Assembly: GCA_964484795.1 (NCBI GenBank) | Contig: CAZAFN010000003.1 | Location: forward strand, 789 to 64,788 | Length of the DNA stretch: 64,000 nucleotides | Reading direction: 5' to 3' | Source of the DNA: an uncultured Alphaproteobacteria bacterium | GTDB taxonomy: Bacteria; Pseudomonadota; Alphaproteobacteria; Methylaequorales; Methylaequoraceae | Shown: piece by piece, positions 28,884-39,443 of the stretch | How positions within the stretch are numbered: the stretch's first letter is position 1 | Layout of the letters: every line of letters starts with the position of its first letter | Notes under the pieces: model-generated | Seen by the model: the letters and a program-made list of their open reading frames with translations, nothing else | Told to the model about the DNA's origin: nothing | Database searches by the model: none | Made by a program: the position numbers and the translations under genes

Positions 28884-31264
28884 TACGATACCGCGAGACA
28901 CTTTCAATGATTAGAAATAAAATCATTTTTTTTTTAAGTTTCCTTTTTGTATTATCGTTTTCTTTTATTTTAATTGCAGGTGATTTTCAGCCTGGAACAC
29001 CGTCTTCAAGTTATAATTTTAATTATAATTCAAGAACCAATGAGCCAATTAAAAAAATTCCCCAAGAAAATTATGCTCAAAATTCAGAAGTAGTTAAAAT
29101 TTTAGTGCAAGGAAATAGTAGACTTGAATCTTCTGTAATAATTAGAGACTCAAAAATAGAATCACTAGCAACAGATGAAAAAAGCCTAAGTGTTGCAATT
29201 AAAAATTTATATAAAACTGGTTACTATGAAAATGTTCAAATTTATAAAACAAACAATGTCGTTTATATTAATGTCAAAGAAAATCCCATAATTGATTTAA
29301 TATCCATTGAAGGTAACAGTGAAATTAAGGATGAAATAATATTACAGGAAATTGAATCCAAAACTAGAAGTGTTTTTTCAACTGACAAAATTAAATCTGA
29401 TGTAAAAAAAATTCAGACTTTATATAAAAGGCAAGGTTTTTTTTCCACTTTTATTGAACCAAAATTTATTAAACTTTCTTCTAATAGAGTGAATTTAGTT
29501 TTTGAAGTATTGGAAGGTAAAGAAGCTAGAATTAAGAAAATAAACTTTCTGAACAATAAAGTTTTTTCTGATTCAACACTTAATGATGTAATTTCATCGA
29601 CAGAATATAGATGGTATCAATTTTGGGGAACTAATGACAAATTCGATAAAGATAGGATAAATTTTGATAAAGATTTGCTTAAAAAATATTATTTTGATAA
29701 CGGATATATTGATTTCCAAATTTCATCAGTAAATTCAAGTTTGATTGACAATAGAAAAAATTTTGTCGTAAATTTTACTGTTTATGAAGGAAAAAGGTAT
29801 AGCGTTTCAAATATAGACTTTAAATCATCAATTAGGAATTTAAATAGAATTGATTTAAAAGATCTTCTGGAGCTACATAGTGGTGATTGGTTTAGTTCTG
29901 AAGAAATAGATAAAAGTATAAAAAATATTAATGACAAGACATCAGAACTTGGTTTTGCTTTCGTTGATGTTATTCCAAGGGTAAAAAAAATTGGAGAAGA
30001 TAAAGTTGATGTTCTGTTTGATATTGTGCAAGGACCAAAAATCTACATAGATAGAATTCAAATTTCTGGAAATTTAAAAACTGAGGATGAAGTTGTAAGA
30101 AGAGAATTAGAGTTGGTTGAAGGTGATTCATTTAATTCTTTAAAAATTAGACAAAGTGAAAAGAACCTTAGATCAATTGGCTTATTTGATAATGTTGATA
30201 TTAAATACGAAGAATTAGGTGGAACAAATAAATCTAATCTGGATGTTGAAGTTACTGAAAGATCAACAGGTGAATTTTCTGTTGGAGGTGGTTATTCTTC
30301 ACTTGATGGTGCAATGGCCAATATTGCAATTAAAGAATCTAATTTATTTGGTCAAGCTAAGGAACTTTCTTTAGACTTAGGTATTTCAACAAGAAGATCA
30401 AGTATAGATCTAAAATATACAGATCCTCATTTTATGGATAGAGATATAGCAGCTGGGATTGATATTTTTAACGTAAGAAGAAATAACAAAAGCTATAGCG
30501 GTTATAAACACAATATTTTAGGCTTCAAATTACGTTCTGGATATGAAATTATTGATGATTTAAGACATTTTAGTAGTTATAGCCTCAAGCGTGATAAAAT
30601 ACATGATATTGATAATGCTACATCTATTTACATTCAAGAGCAGGAGGGGAAAAGAACAACTTCAATTATTGGACAGGCAATACAATATGATAAATTAAAT
30701 GATAGAATTAATCCTACGGATGGTTATAGAATTAGATTCGATTTTGATTTTTATGGATTAGTTGGTGATGCAGAACATATTAATGCAGAATTGAAACTTT
30801 CAAATTTTTATAGAATAGACGATCAATTAATTTTAGCTAACTTTATAGAAGGTGGTTTTATTGCTTCTATAAAAGATGTTAAAATAAATGATAGATTTTT
30901 TTTAGATGGCGACAGAATGAGAGGTTTTAAGAATTTAGGCATTGGACCAAGGGATTCATCAACATCTGATGCGTTGGGTGGAGAAATCTATTATATTAGT
31001 AGAAATGAGTTAAATTTTCCATTAGGTTTGCCTGATGAATTAGGTGTTATGGGACTTATTTTTGCTGACATAGGTACTTTATATAATACTGCCTCATCTG
31101 GATCAAACATCAATGATGAATCTACAATAAGATCATCTGCAGGTTTTGGTATTACTTGGTTATCACCATTTGGCCCTGTAAAGTTTTATTTTTCAAAAGC
31201 TTTATTAAAAGAAAATTATGATAAAAAAGAGATTTTTAGATTTAGTTTTGGTACAACATATTAA
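28880..31264 (+). CDS. bamA: Outer membrane protein assembly factor BamA
   Basis: 794 aa with repeated POTRA-like segments followed by a beta-barrel ending FSFGTTY. ATGA overlap with rseP. An alternative start at ATG 28907 gives a cleaner signal peptide (MIRNKIIFFLSFLFVLSF). Confidence 0.95.
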   Translation: MIRYRETLSMIRNKIIFFLSFLFVLSFSFILIAGDFQPGTPSSSYNFNYNSRTNEPIKKIPQENYAQNSEVVKILVQGNSRLESSVIIRDSKIESLATDEKSLSVAIKNLYKTGYYENVQIYKTNNVVYINVKENPIIDLISIEGNSEIKDEIILQEIESKTRSVFSTDKIKSDVKKIQTLYKRQGFFSTFIEPKFIKLSSNRVNLVFEVLEGKEARIKKINFLNNKVFSDSTLNDVISSTEYRWYQFWGTNDKFDKDRINFDKDLLKKYYFDNGYIDFQISSVNSSLIDNRKNFVVNFTVYEGKRYSVSNIDFKSSIRNLNRIDLKDLLELHSGDWFSSEEIDKSIKNINDKTSELGFAFVDVIPRVKKIGEDKVDVLFDIVQGPKIYIDRIQISGNLKTEDEVVRRELELVEGDSFNSLKIRQSEKNLRSIGLFDNVDIKYEELGGTNKSNLDVEVTERSTGEFSVGGGYSSLDGAMANIAIKESNLFGQAKELSLDLGISTRRSSIDLKYTDPHFMDRDIAAGIDIFNVRRNNKSYSGYKHNILGFKLRSGYEIIDDLRHFSSYSLKRDKIHDIDNATSIYIQEQEGKRTTSIIGQAIQYDKLNDRINPTDGYRIRFDFDFYGLVGDAEHINAELKLSNFYRIDDQLILANFIEGGFIASIKDVKINDRFFLDGDRMRGFKNLGIGPRDSSTSDALGGEIYYISRNELNFPLGLPDELGVMGLIFADIGTLYNTASSGSNINDESTIRSSAGFGITWLSPFGPVKFYFSKALLKENYDKKEIFRFSFGTTY

Positions 31265-31285
31265 ACTTAAACATTTAGGAGAGTT

Positions 31286-31864
31286 ATGAACCACAAATTT
31301 TTATTATTTTCTGTTCTTATTTTTTTAACTTCAATTTCTTTTGTTACTTATGCACAAGAAAAAAATTTAGATTTAAAAAAACCCAGTTCAACCAAAGAGT
31401 TTGAAGCTAGAATTGGTGTTGTAGATATGAAACAAATATTAAATCAGTCCAAGGCTTATCAGAGTTTAGTTGAACAGTTTGAAGAGACTCGAAGAAAACA
31501 TAGAAATGCAATGACCAAACAGGAAGATCTCATAAGAGATGAAGAAAGTAATCTAGTAAAGAAAAAAAATGTACTTTCTAGTGAAGTTTATGCAGAAAAG
31601 GTTAAAGCTCTAAATCAAAAAATTAACAATCTTAAACAAAAACAAATAGCTGAGGCAAAAAAATTTGAAGTATCATTTGAAAAATCAACAAATAAAATTC
31701 AAGGAGCACTTGTTGATGTTTTGTCAATCTTAGCAAATACTTCTGAATTGAATTTAGTGCTTGCAAAAAGTCAGGTAATTTTAGTTGGTAAAGAGATTGA
31801 TATAACAGATAAAGCTGTAGCGGAGTTAAACAAAGTTTTACCAAAAATTTCCTTAAAAGAATAA
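31286..31864 (+). CDS. skp: Periplasmic chaperone Skp/OmpH family
   Basis: 192 aa with a signal peptide followed by a Lys/Glu/Gln-rich coiled-coil region. Conserved bamA-skp-lpxD order. AGGAG SD lies upstream. Confidence 0.85.
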   Translation: MNHKFLLFSVLIFLTSISFVTYAQEKNLDLKKPSSTKEFEARIGVVDMKQILNQSKAYQSLVEQFEETRRKHRNAMTKQEDLIRDEESNLVKKKNVLSSEVYAEKVKALNQKINNLKQKQIAEAKKFEVSFEKSTNKIQGALVDVLSILANTSELNLVLAKSQVILVGKEIDITDKAVAELNKVLPKISLKE

Positions 31865-31882
31865 AAATTTTGGAATGTCAAA

Positions 31883-32887
31883 TTGATTGATAAAGATTTT
31901 TACAAGAATTCTGGTCCATTTACACTTCTTGAGTTGTCTAGATTTCTTAAATGTGATTGTGTAGGTGATAAAAAAAAAAAAATTTTTGATATATCTACTC
32001 TAGATCTTGCTAAAGAGGATGAATTAAGTTTTTTTAGTAATAGTAAATATAAAGGATCTCTTGAAAGAACAAAAGCCGGAGCTCTTATAATTAATTCAAA
32101 GTTTGCAAAAGGGCGTGAAAACTGCCTTATAACTGATAATCCTCATTATGCTATGGCTAAAGTTGCTTCTTTAATGTACCCTAATTCTGATTATCCTAAT
32201 TTTTGCTTTGGCAAAAATGATTTAAAGAAAAATATGGATAAATCAATAAAGGTTTCACCTAATTCTTTTATTCATCATTCATCAAATATTGGAAATAAAT
32301 GCAATATTGGTTCTAATGTTGTTATTGGTCCTGGAGTTAAAATAGGAAAAAATTGTATTATTGGAGATAACGTTTCTATATATTTTTCCAAAATTTCTGA
32401 TAATGTTAAGATTTACCAAGGAGTACGAATAGGTGGTGAAGGTTTTGGTTTTACAATACAAAAAAAATCTTTTAAGAAAATTCCACAACTTGGCAGAGTT
32501 ATAATTAAGGAATCTGTTGAAATAGGGTGTAACACGACTATTGATAGAGGTTCAATTGGTGATACTATAATTGGAGAGGAATCAATGATTGATAATATGG
32601 TGCATATAGGTCACAATGTTATTATAGGAAATAGATGTATAATTGCTGCAATGACAGGTATTTCTGGAAGTTCCAAGATTGGTGATAATGTAATGATAGG
32701 TGGTCAAGTGGGAATAAGTGGACATATTACTGTTGGTAGAAATGTCAAAATTGCTGCCAAAAGTGGTGTTATGAAGGATATTCCTGACAATTCTTCTGTA
32801 GGAGGGTTTCCTGCTGAAAATATTCTTGACTGGCATAGAAGTACAATTTTAATAAAAAAAAAATTAAAAAATGAAAAAAAAAACTGA
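31883..32887 (+). CDS. lpxD: UDP-3-O-acylglucosamine N-acyltransferase
   Basis: 334 aa with left-handed beta-helix hexapeptide repeats (IGxNVxIG series). Apparent TTG start. Position between skp and fabZ. Confidence 0.93.
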   Translation: MIDKDFYKNSGPFTLLELSRFLKCDCVGDKKKKIFDISTLDLAKEDELSFFSNSKYKGSLERTKAGALIINSKFAKGRENCLITDNPHYAMAKVASLMYPNSDYPNFCFGKNDLKKNMDKSIKVSPNSFIHHSSNIGNKCNIGSNVVIGPGVKIGKNCIIGDNVSIYFSKISDNVKIYQGVRIGGEGFGFTIQKKSFKKIPQLGRVIIKESVEIGCNTTIDRGSIGDTIIGEESMIDNMVHIGHNVIIGNRCIIAAMTGISGSSKIGDNVMIGGQVGISGHITVGRNVKIAAKSGVMKDIPDNSSVGGFPAENILDWHRSTILIKKKLKNEKKN

Positions 32888-33320
32888 GTTGGATATAGAA
32901 CAAATTAAAAAGTTAATTCCTCATAGGTATCCTTTTTTGTTAATTGACAAATTAATTGAGATTGTCCCATTTGAGAGTGCTACTGGGATAAAAAATGTTA
33001 CATTCAATGAAAATTATTTTCAAGGACACTTTGAATATAGATCTGTAATGCCAGGTGCATTAATAATTGAATCAATGGCTCAATCTGCAGGAACCCTTGT
33101 AATGTTTAGTCTTAAAAAAAATAATAAGAATATGTCTGTTTATCTGTTAACAGTTGATAAAGCTAGGTTTAGAAAACCAGTTTGCCCTGGAGATACATTG
33201 ATTAACAAGGTTGAAAAAAAAAGAAATGTTAAAAATATCTGGAAATTTATTTGTCGTTCTTATGTTAATGAAGTATTAGTTGCCCAGTCTGAAATTTCCG
33301 CAATTCTTAATAATGATTAA
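32871..33320 (+). CDS. fabZ: 3-hydroxyacyl-ACP dehydratase FabZ
   Basis: 149 aa with LIPHRYPFLLIDK and the hot-dog active-site region GHFEYRSVMPGALIIESMAQ. Confidence 0.96.
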   Translation: MKKKTELDIEQIKKLIPHRYPFLLIDKLIEIVPFESATGIKNVTFNENYFQGHFEYRSVMPGALIIESMAQSAGTLVMFSLKKNNKNMSVYLLTVDKARFRKPVCPGDTLINKVEKKRNVKNIWKFICRSYVNEVLVAQSEISAILNND

Positions 33321-33384
33321 ATTTGTAACATTTTGAAATTTTTTTTTATTTGTCTATTACCTTTAGATATTATACATAATTCAT

Positions 33385-34164
33385 ATGATACACCGAAGTG
33401 CTGTTATTGAAACTGGAGCTGTAATTGGTGACAATGTTAGGATTGGTCCATTCTGTTTTATAGGTAAAAAAGCTAAAATTGCTAACAACTGTATTTTTCA
33501 TAGTAATGTTGTGATTGATGGTGATGCGGAAATTGGTAATAACACCGAACTTTCTCCTTTTTCCTCTATTGGTACAATTCCACAGGATTTAAAATACGCA
33601 GGTGAAAAAACTAAGGTTGTCATTGGAGACAATTGTAAGATAAGAGAATATGTCACAGTTAATATTGGAACGAATGGTGGTGGTCGAATAACTCGAGTAG
33701 GGAACAATTGTTTATTGATGGTGGGGACTCATATTGCTCATGATTGTAATATTGGCAATGATGTTATCTTTGCTAATCACGCAACTCTTGCTGGTCATGT
33801 CACAATTGAAGATAAGGCTGTAATTGGTGCGTTGAGCGCAATTCATCAATTTACTCGGATAGGAGAGGGATCAATGATAGGAGGAATGTCTGGCGTAACT
33901 AACGATGTAATTCCTTTTGGGACGGTTGTAGGAAATAGAGCTAAATTATCTGGATTAAATATTGTTGGATTGAGAAGAAGAGAAATTAAAAAAAAAGAGA
34001 TCAACGAATTAAGAAAAGTATTTAAATATATTTTTTTTGATAAGAAAAATACATTTAAATTGAGAGTAGAAAAAATAATTGCTGAAAATTATAAATCATA
34101 CACTGTAAAAAAATTAATAGATTTTCTTTTGGATGATTCTGAAAGATCCTTTTGTTTGCCGTAA
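33385..34164 (+). CDS. lpxA: Acyl-ACP--UDP-N-acetylglucosamine O-acyltransferase
   Basis: 259 aa with hexapeptide repeats and the conserved GDNNLLMxxxHIAHDC-like segment (GNNCLLMVGTHIAHDC). Confidence 0.96.
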   Translation: MIHRSAVIETGAVIGDNVRIGPFCFIGKKAKIANNCIFHSNVVIDGDAEIGNNTELSPFSSIGTIPQDLKYAGEKTKVVIGDNCKIREYVTVNIGTNGGGRITRVGNNCLLMVGTHIAHDCNIGNDVIFANHATLAGHVTIEDKAVIGALSAIHQFTRIGEGSMIGGMSGVTNDVIPFGTVVGNRAKLSGLNIVGLRRREIKKKEINELRKVFKYIFFDKKNTFKLRVEKIIAENYKSYTVKKLIDFLLDDSERSFCLP

Positions 34165-34172
34165 AAAGGTAT

Positions 34173-34985
34173 ATGGGAAAAGTAATTATTTTAGCGGGCC
34201 AAGGTGAACTACCATCAATAATAATTAAAAATTTATTAAAAAAAAAAATTGATTTTTACACCTTGATATTCACGAAAAAAAAAATTCCAAGTCTGATACT
34301 AAAATATAAATTTAAGGCTATCAATTTTGGAAAAGTTGTAACAGAATTAAAAAAATTAAGATCATTAGGGTTTAAAGATATTTTGATGGCGGGATCTCTT
34401 AATAGACCAAATTTAAGTGAAATAAAACCAGATATTAACAGTATAAAATTAATACCTCCTTTTGCTAAAAGATTGCTTCAGGGTGGAGATAATAATTTGC
34501 TTTCATTTGCAATAAAAGAAATAGAAAAAATGGGATTTAGAATTATTACTCTTAAAACTTTATTACCAGAGTGTTTTCTAGGATTTGGCAATCACACAAA
34601 TAATAAAATTTCTAAAACTTCATATGAAGATATTAAAAAGGGGAAATTGATTTTAGATAATAATTCTAAATTTGATATTGGACAATCTATTGTGCTCCAA
34701 CAAGGTAATATTATTGGTATTGAAGCTATTCAGGGTACAGATAACTTGATAAAATATTCTAGTAAATTTTTTAAAAATGGTATTAAACCTACACTAATAA
34801 AATTAGTTAAAATTAAGCAAGATTTGAGGGTCGATTTACCTACAATTGGAATGACTACAGTTAAAAATTGTAAAAATCATTTTTTTGGTGGGATTGCTTT
34901 TTCTGCTAATAATACCGTCTTCATAAATAGTGAGAAGATCGTTAAATACTGTGATTCTAATAAGTTGTTTTTATTAGGAATTTAA
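34173..34985 (+). CDS. lpxI: UDP-2,3-diacylglucosamine hydrolase LpxI (DUF1009)
   Basis: About 270 aa. It occupies the lpxA-lpxI-lpxB slot typical of alphaproteobacteria, which use LpxI instead of LpxH. The start is moved to ATG 34173 (MGKVIILAGQGELP), after the lpxA stop. Confidence 0.85.
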   Translation: MGKVIILAGQGELPSIIIKNLLKKKIDFYTLIFTKKKIPSLILKYKFKAINFGKVVTELKKLRSLGFKDILMAGSLNRPNLSEIKPDINSIKLIPPFAKRLLQGGDNNLLSFAIKEIEKMGFRIITLKTLLPECFLGFGNHTNNKISKTSYEDIKKGKLILDNNSKFDIGQSIVLQQGNIIGIEAIQGTDNLIKYSSKFFKNGIKPTLIKLVKIKQDLRVDLPTIGMTTVKNCKNHFFGGIAFSANNTVFINSEKIVKYCDSNKLFLLGI

Positions 34986-36083
34986 ATGAAAATTGTAATA
35001 ATAACGACGGAGCCATCAGGTGATTTCTTGGGACATCATATTATTAAGTCTCTAAAAAAAAGATCGAAAAAACACAAGATATCTGGGGTTGGAGGAGAGT
35101 TGATGGAATCTATCGGGTTTAAATCATGGGTTCCAATTAAGAAATTCAATACAATTGGTTTATTTGAAGTATTAATAAGAATTTTAAAATATTTAGAAAT
35201 ATTTAGATTTGTTGAAAAAAAAATTAGAAAATTTAATCCTGATTTAATTATTACAATTGATTCACCTAGTTTTAGTTATAGATTAGCTAAACGATTGCAA
35301 GATTTGAGAAGATTAAGGAAAATTAAATTTGTACATTATGTGGCTCCAACTGTATGGGCTTGGAAATCCTATAGAGCTAAAATTTTTGCAAAATTTTATG
35401 ATTTTATGTTTACAATATTTTGTTTTGAATCTAAATATTTTTTAAAATACGGGCTAAAAACAAAATATATTGGGCATCAAATTTTTTTTGAAAAAACTAA
35501 GAAGAATAAGAAAAAAAAGCAAATCTGTTTTTTACCTGGTTCTAGATCTGTGGAGATTAAAAACAATCTTAATTCAATGAGAAACATAATTATTAATTCA
35601 AGAAAAGAATTTCACGATTTCAAATTTTACATTCTTACATTTGATAACCATATAAAACTAATTGAAAAAATGTTAAATGGCTTAAATGTAGAAATTATTT
35701 CAGATTATAATAAAAAGCAAACAGTTATGGCTGAATCATATTTAGCTATCGCTGCTTCAGGGAGTGTTACACTTGAATTATCAAAATATCATACTCCAAT
35801 GATTGTTGTATATAATACGTATTTTTTAACCAGAATAATTCTTAAAATGCTTGTAAGAGTTAAATATGCATCAATAATTAATATTACTTTTAATAAAGAA
35901 GTAGTGCCTGAATATATTTTTGAAAAATTTAAATGTGAAAATGTCTTAAAGAAAATGAGAATTTTAATTAAGGATAAAAGCGAAAGACAAAAACAAATTA
36001 TGTTTTTGAAAAAGTTTTCTATGAAAATGACTCTAAAAGGAAAAAATCCTGCTGATTTACTGATAGATGAAGTGATAAATTAA
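34986..36083 (+). CDS. lpxB: Lipid-A-disaccharide synthase
   Basis: 365 aa with an N-terminal EPSGD motif and internal LPGSR and ASGSVTLE motifs. Confidence 0.94.
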   Translation: MKIVIITTEPSGDFLGHHIIKSLKKRSKKHKISGVGGELMESIGFKSWVPIKKFNTIGLFEVLIRILKYLEIFRFVEKKIRKFNPDLIITIDSPSFSYRLAKRLQDLRRLRKIKFVHYVAPTVWAWKSYRAKIFAKFYDFMFTIFCFESKYFLKYGLKTKYIGHQIFFEKTKKNKKKKQICFLPGSRSVEIKNNLNSMRNIIINSRKEFHDFKFYILTFDNHIKLIEKMLNGLNVEIISDYNKKQTVMAESYLAIAASGSVTLELSKYHTPMIVVYNTYFLTRIILKMLVRVKYASIINITFNKEVVPEYIFEKFKCENVLKKMRILIKDKSERQKQIMFLKKFSMKMTLKGKNPADLLIDEVIN

Positions 36084-37414
36084 TTTATTCCACCAGGAAA
36101 TATTTTCCTCTTATTAGTCCTTTTATCTATTTCAATGAATTTCATATTTTTTTTACCGGTATATAGCTGTCGTGGTCTGCTGATTTTTTTAGATACGTTT
36201 TCTGTCATTTCTTTCCATTGAGAGATCCATCCGACAGTTCTAGCAACTGCAAATATGACGGTAAACATTGACTCTGGAAGACCAAGAGCTTTTAAAATTA
36301 TACCAGAGTAAAAATCAACATTTGGGTAAAGCTTTTTCTTTATGAAATAACTGTCATTTAAAGCAATTTCTTCAAGCTTATTAGCTAGTTTAAATAAAGG
36401 AACATTAAAATTTTCTTCTTCATTAAGCAAATCATGGCAATATTTTCTTAGAACGTTTGCTCTTGGATCATAGTTTTTGTAAACCCGATGACCAAAACCC
36501 ATAAGTCTAAATGGATCATTTGTATCTTTAGCTTTTTTAATATATTTTCCGATATTTTTTTCATTACCAATTTCAAAAAGCATTCTTATTACAGATTCAT
36601 TCGCTCCACCATGAGCAGGCCCCCAGAGAGATGAAACGCCAGCAGCAACACAAGCAAATGGGTTTGCTCCAGAGGATCCAGCTATTTTAACAGTTGAAGT
36701 TGAAGCATTTTGTTCATGATCTGCATGTAAAATCAATAATTTATCTAATGCATCAATTCTAGTTTGTGATGGTTTATATTCACCACAAGGAGTAGAAAAC
36801 AACATATGTAGGAAATTTTCACTATAAGAAAGTTCATTTTTTGGATATATAAAAGGTTGTCCAAGAGAATATTTGTATGCCATTGCTGCCATTGTTGGTA
36901 TTTTTGCAAGCAATCTGCTTACAGCGACTCCTTTTCCTTCAATAGACGAAAAGTCATAAATTTTTTCAGGATAAAATGATGACAATGCACCAACCATTCC
37001 AACTAAAATTGCCATTGGATGTGAATCTCTTCTAAAACCACTATAAAATCTTAATATTTGTTCATGAAGCATTGTGTGATGGTTGAGAATATTAATAAAT
37101 TTTGATTTATTTTTTAAGTCAGGTAGTTCTCCATTTAATAATAAATAACAAACTTCTGGATAATCAGATTTTTCAGCAAGATCTTCAATATTAAATCCTC
37201 TATGCAATAGAATGCCTTTGTCACCATCAATAAAAGTAATTTCTGATGAACAACTTGCAGTTGATGTAAAACCAGGGTCATACAAAAACATTCCTGTTTT
37301 AGAGTAAAAACTTGATAAATCTGCTACAGCTGATCCGCAAGAGCCATTTTTAATATTAAATTCAAAATTTTTTCCTGTACGATTATCAGTTATTGTAATT
37401 GAATTTTTTTTCAT
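36080..37414 (-). CDS. gltA: Citrate synthase
   Basis: 444 aa with [14 protein letters not shown], plus the [11 protein letters not shown] active-site region. Confidence 0.98.
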   Translation of the reverse strand: MKKNSITITDNRTGKNFEFNIKNGSCGSAVADLSSFYSKTGMFLYDPGFTSTASCSSEITFIDGDKGILLHRGFNIEDLAEKSDYPEVCYLLLNGELPDLKNKSKFINILNHHTMLHEQILRFYSGFRRDSHPMAILVGMVGALSSFYPEKIYDFSSIEGKGVAVSRLLAKIPTMAAMAYKYSLGQPFIYPKNELSYSENFLHMLFSTPCGEYKPSQTRIDALDKLLILHADHEQNASTSTVKIAGSSGANPFACVAAGVSSLWGPAHGGANESVIRMLFEIGNEKNIGKYIKKAKDTNDPFRLMGFGHRVYKNYDPRANVLRKYCHDLLNEEENFNVPLFKLANKLEEIALNDSYFIKKKLYPNVDFYSGIILKALGLPESMFTVIFAVARTVGWISQWKEMTENVSKKISRPRQLYTGKKNMKFIEIDKRTNKRKIFPGGIN

Positions 37415-37424
37415 TCTATAAGTT

Positions 37425-38783
37425 TTAATACCATTTGTTAATTCTATTTATTACTTCATTCTTTCCCAAAACCCCCATTATTTTAGATATTGATGGACCA
37501 TCAATTTTTCCAATAATAGTTAATCTAATGGGTTGAGCAATTTCTTTAAACCCTATGTTTAACTTTTTAACAATTCCACTTAATTTGTTTTCTATGGAAT
37601 CGGAATTCCAGTTTAATATATCAGAAAATTCTTTTACTATGGTTTTTTTATATTTTTTTGAGACCTTCAAAATCTTTTTCTCTTCATCATTAAAATTTTT
37701 AGGAACAACATTTAATGAATTTATATTTTCAACAATTTCATTAAGTGTGTTGGCTCTGCTTTTATAAACTTCAATCAAGTCAAGTATTTTAACATCATCA
37801 AAGAAAAAACCTTGATTATATTTTTCTATATGCAATTTTTTTAATATTTGAGAAAGTACAAGATTATCTAATTTTTTAATGTAATGGTTATTTAAAAAAA
37901 TCAGTTTTTTTTCATCAGTTTTTGATGGAGATTTGCCAATTTTTTCAAGAGTAAAAAGTTTGATTGCTTCTGTAATTGTAAAATATTCCTTATTTTCATA
38001 TGACCACCCCATTCTTAAAAGATAGTTTATTATACTTTCTGGTAAGAATCCTTTTTCTTTATAATCAATTATGGATAGAGAATTATCTCTTTTAGATAGT
38101 TTTTCATTTTTTTGATTGTGAATTAGGGGAATGTGTGATGTTGATGGGTTATAATTTAAAAATTCATATAATATTTTTTGTCTAAACGAGTTGGTCAGAT
38201 GATCATCTCCTCTAATTATATCAGTTACTTTCATTCTGTAGTCATCTATCGTTGAGGACAATAAAAATGTAGGAGATCCATCACTTCTTATGATTATATA
38301 ATCATCAATTTCAGAACTTTTAACTGTAACCTTACCTTGAACCTTATCATTTATTGTGATAGAGCCTAAAAGAGGAGATTTAATCCTAATGCAGAATTTT
38401 TTTTTATTTGGTTTTTTTTTTTTGGGATCTCTCCACTCGCTGACAAATTTTTTGAATTTAAATTTTTTAATATAATTTTCATCGTGAAAACATTTATATG
38501 CAAGTCCCTTGGCAATTAATGAATTCGCAAATTCTATATGATCACTAATATTTTTACTTTGAAAGACGATGTCATAATCTGTCTTAATTCCAAGCCAATC
38601 TAAGCCATTAATAATTGAGTCAATTGATTTTAATGTATTTCTATTCTTATCTGTATCTTCGACTCGGATTTTAAAAAAACCATTTTTAGATTTTGCATAC
38701 AAATAATTAAATAGTGCCGTGCGTGCACCTCCAATATGAAGAGGTCCTGTTGGAGAAGGAGCAAATCTTGTGACAGTTGACAT
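37425..38783 (-). CDS. gltX: Glutamate--tRNA ligase
   Basis: 452 aa with class I HIGH ([17 protein letters not shown]) and KMSKS (KLSKR) motifs. Confidence 0.96.
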   Translation of the reverse strand: MSTVTRFAPSPTGPLHIGGARTALFNYLYAKSKNGFFKIRVEDTDKNRNTLKSIDSIINGLDWLGIKTDYDIVFQSKNISDHIEFANSLIAKGLAYKCFHDENYIKKFKFKKFVSEWRDPKKKKPNKKKFCIRIKSPLLGSITINDKVQGKVTVKSSEIDDYIIIRSDGSPTFLLSSTIDDYRMKVTDIIRGDDHLTNSFRQKILYEFLNYNPSTSHIPLIHNQKNEKLSKRDNSLSIIDYKEKGFLPESIINYLLRMGWSYENKEYFTITEAIKLFTLEKIGKSPSKTDEKKLIFLNNHYIKKLDNLVLSQILKKLHIEKYNQGFFFDDVKILDLIEVYKSRANTLNEIVENINSLNVVPKNFNDEEKKILKVSKKYKKTIVKEFSDILNWNSDSIENKLSGIVKKLNIGFKEIAQPIRLTIIGKIDGPSISKIMGVLGKNEVINRINKWY

Positions 38784-38793
38784 AAATGAAGAT

Positions 38794-39405
38794 TTAAAAT
38801 TTTCTGATTAAACCAACAAGTTTGCCCTGTATTATAACTCTATCTTTACCAAAAATTCTGGTTTTATGATTTTTATTTGCTGGTTCTAAGGCTATGGAAT
38901 TTTTGTATGATCTAAATTTTTTTAATGTTACTTCATTTTGATCAATTAATGCTACAACGATATCACCTGTATTTGCATAATTTATTTTCTTAATTACAAC
39001 AATGTCACCGTCAAATATTCCTTCATTAATCATTGAATCACCGGTTACTTCAAGAGTAAAATGTTCATCTTTATTATTTATTAAATAATTGGGAACAGAA
39101 ATTTGCTCAAAACTTCCCGTAATTGCTTCAATTGGATTTCCTGCAGCTATCTTACCTAAAAATGGAATTGTTTTTTCGTTACTGTTTTGGAAATCAATAA
39201 TATTTTTGAATTTCAGTGCTCTAGCTTTATGGGGCATTCTTTCAATTAATCCCTTTTCTTCGAGGCTAGAAAGGAGTTTGTGAATACCTGATTTTGATTT
39301 AATATCTAAATTCTTTTTCATTTCATCAAATGTTGGAAAAATTTTATTTCTGCTGTAATAATGATTTAAAAAGTCTAGGAGTTTTTTTTGCTTTATTGTT
39401 AACAT
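38794..39405 (-). CDS. lexA: SOS repressor LexA
   Basis: 203 aa with an N-terminal winged HTH, plus the S24 peptidase region VTGDSMINEGIFDGDIVVI and a downstream Lys (TLKKF). Confidence 0.96.
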   Translation of the reverse strand: MLTIKQKKLLDFLNHYYSRNKIFPTFDEMKKNLDIKSKSGIHKLLSSLEEKGLIERMPHKARALKFKNIIDFQNSNEKTIPFLGKIAAGNPIEAITGSFEQISVPNYLINNKDEHFTLEVTGDSMINEGIFDGDIVVIKKINYANTGDIVVALIDQNEVTLKKFRSYKNSIALEPANKNHKTRIFGKDRVIIQGKLVGLIRKF

Positions 39406-39412
39406 TATAAAT

Positions 39413-39427
39413 GTTCTACATAAGTTC
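39413..39427 (-). promoter_or_regulatory. Alphaproteobacterial LexA operator (GTTC-N7-GTTC on +; GAAC-TTATGTA-GAAC on the lexA strand)
   Basis: Read directly: GTTC at 39413-39416, seven nt, then GTTC at 39424-39427. It ends 8 nt upstream of the lexA ATG (39405). It matches the direct-repeat SOS box described for Rhodobacter and Rhizobium-type LexA. Confidence 0.75.
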
Positions 39428-39441
39428 TTTTAATTAGTCAA
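39413..39441 (-). promoter_or_regulatory. Candidate lexA promoter (-35 TTGACT, 17-nt spacer, -10 TAGAAC) overlapped by the LexA box
   Basis: On the minus strand, TTGACT (39441-39436) starts 2 nt after the moeA stop, and TAGAAC lies at 39418-39413. The operator covers the spacer and the -10. Confidence 0.4.
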
Positions 39442-39443
39442 GG

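Noticed and set aside
33321-33384. The 64-nt fabZ-lpxA spacer as a possible ncRNA, riboswitch or terminator
   Set aside because: It contains only T-runs and AT-rich sequence. I found no stem of 6 bp or more, and the promoter-like hexamers are no better than background. It is too short for known riboswitch classes.
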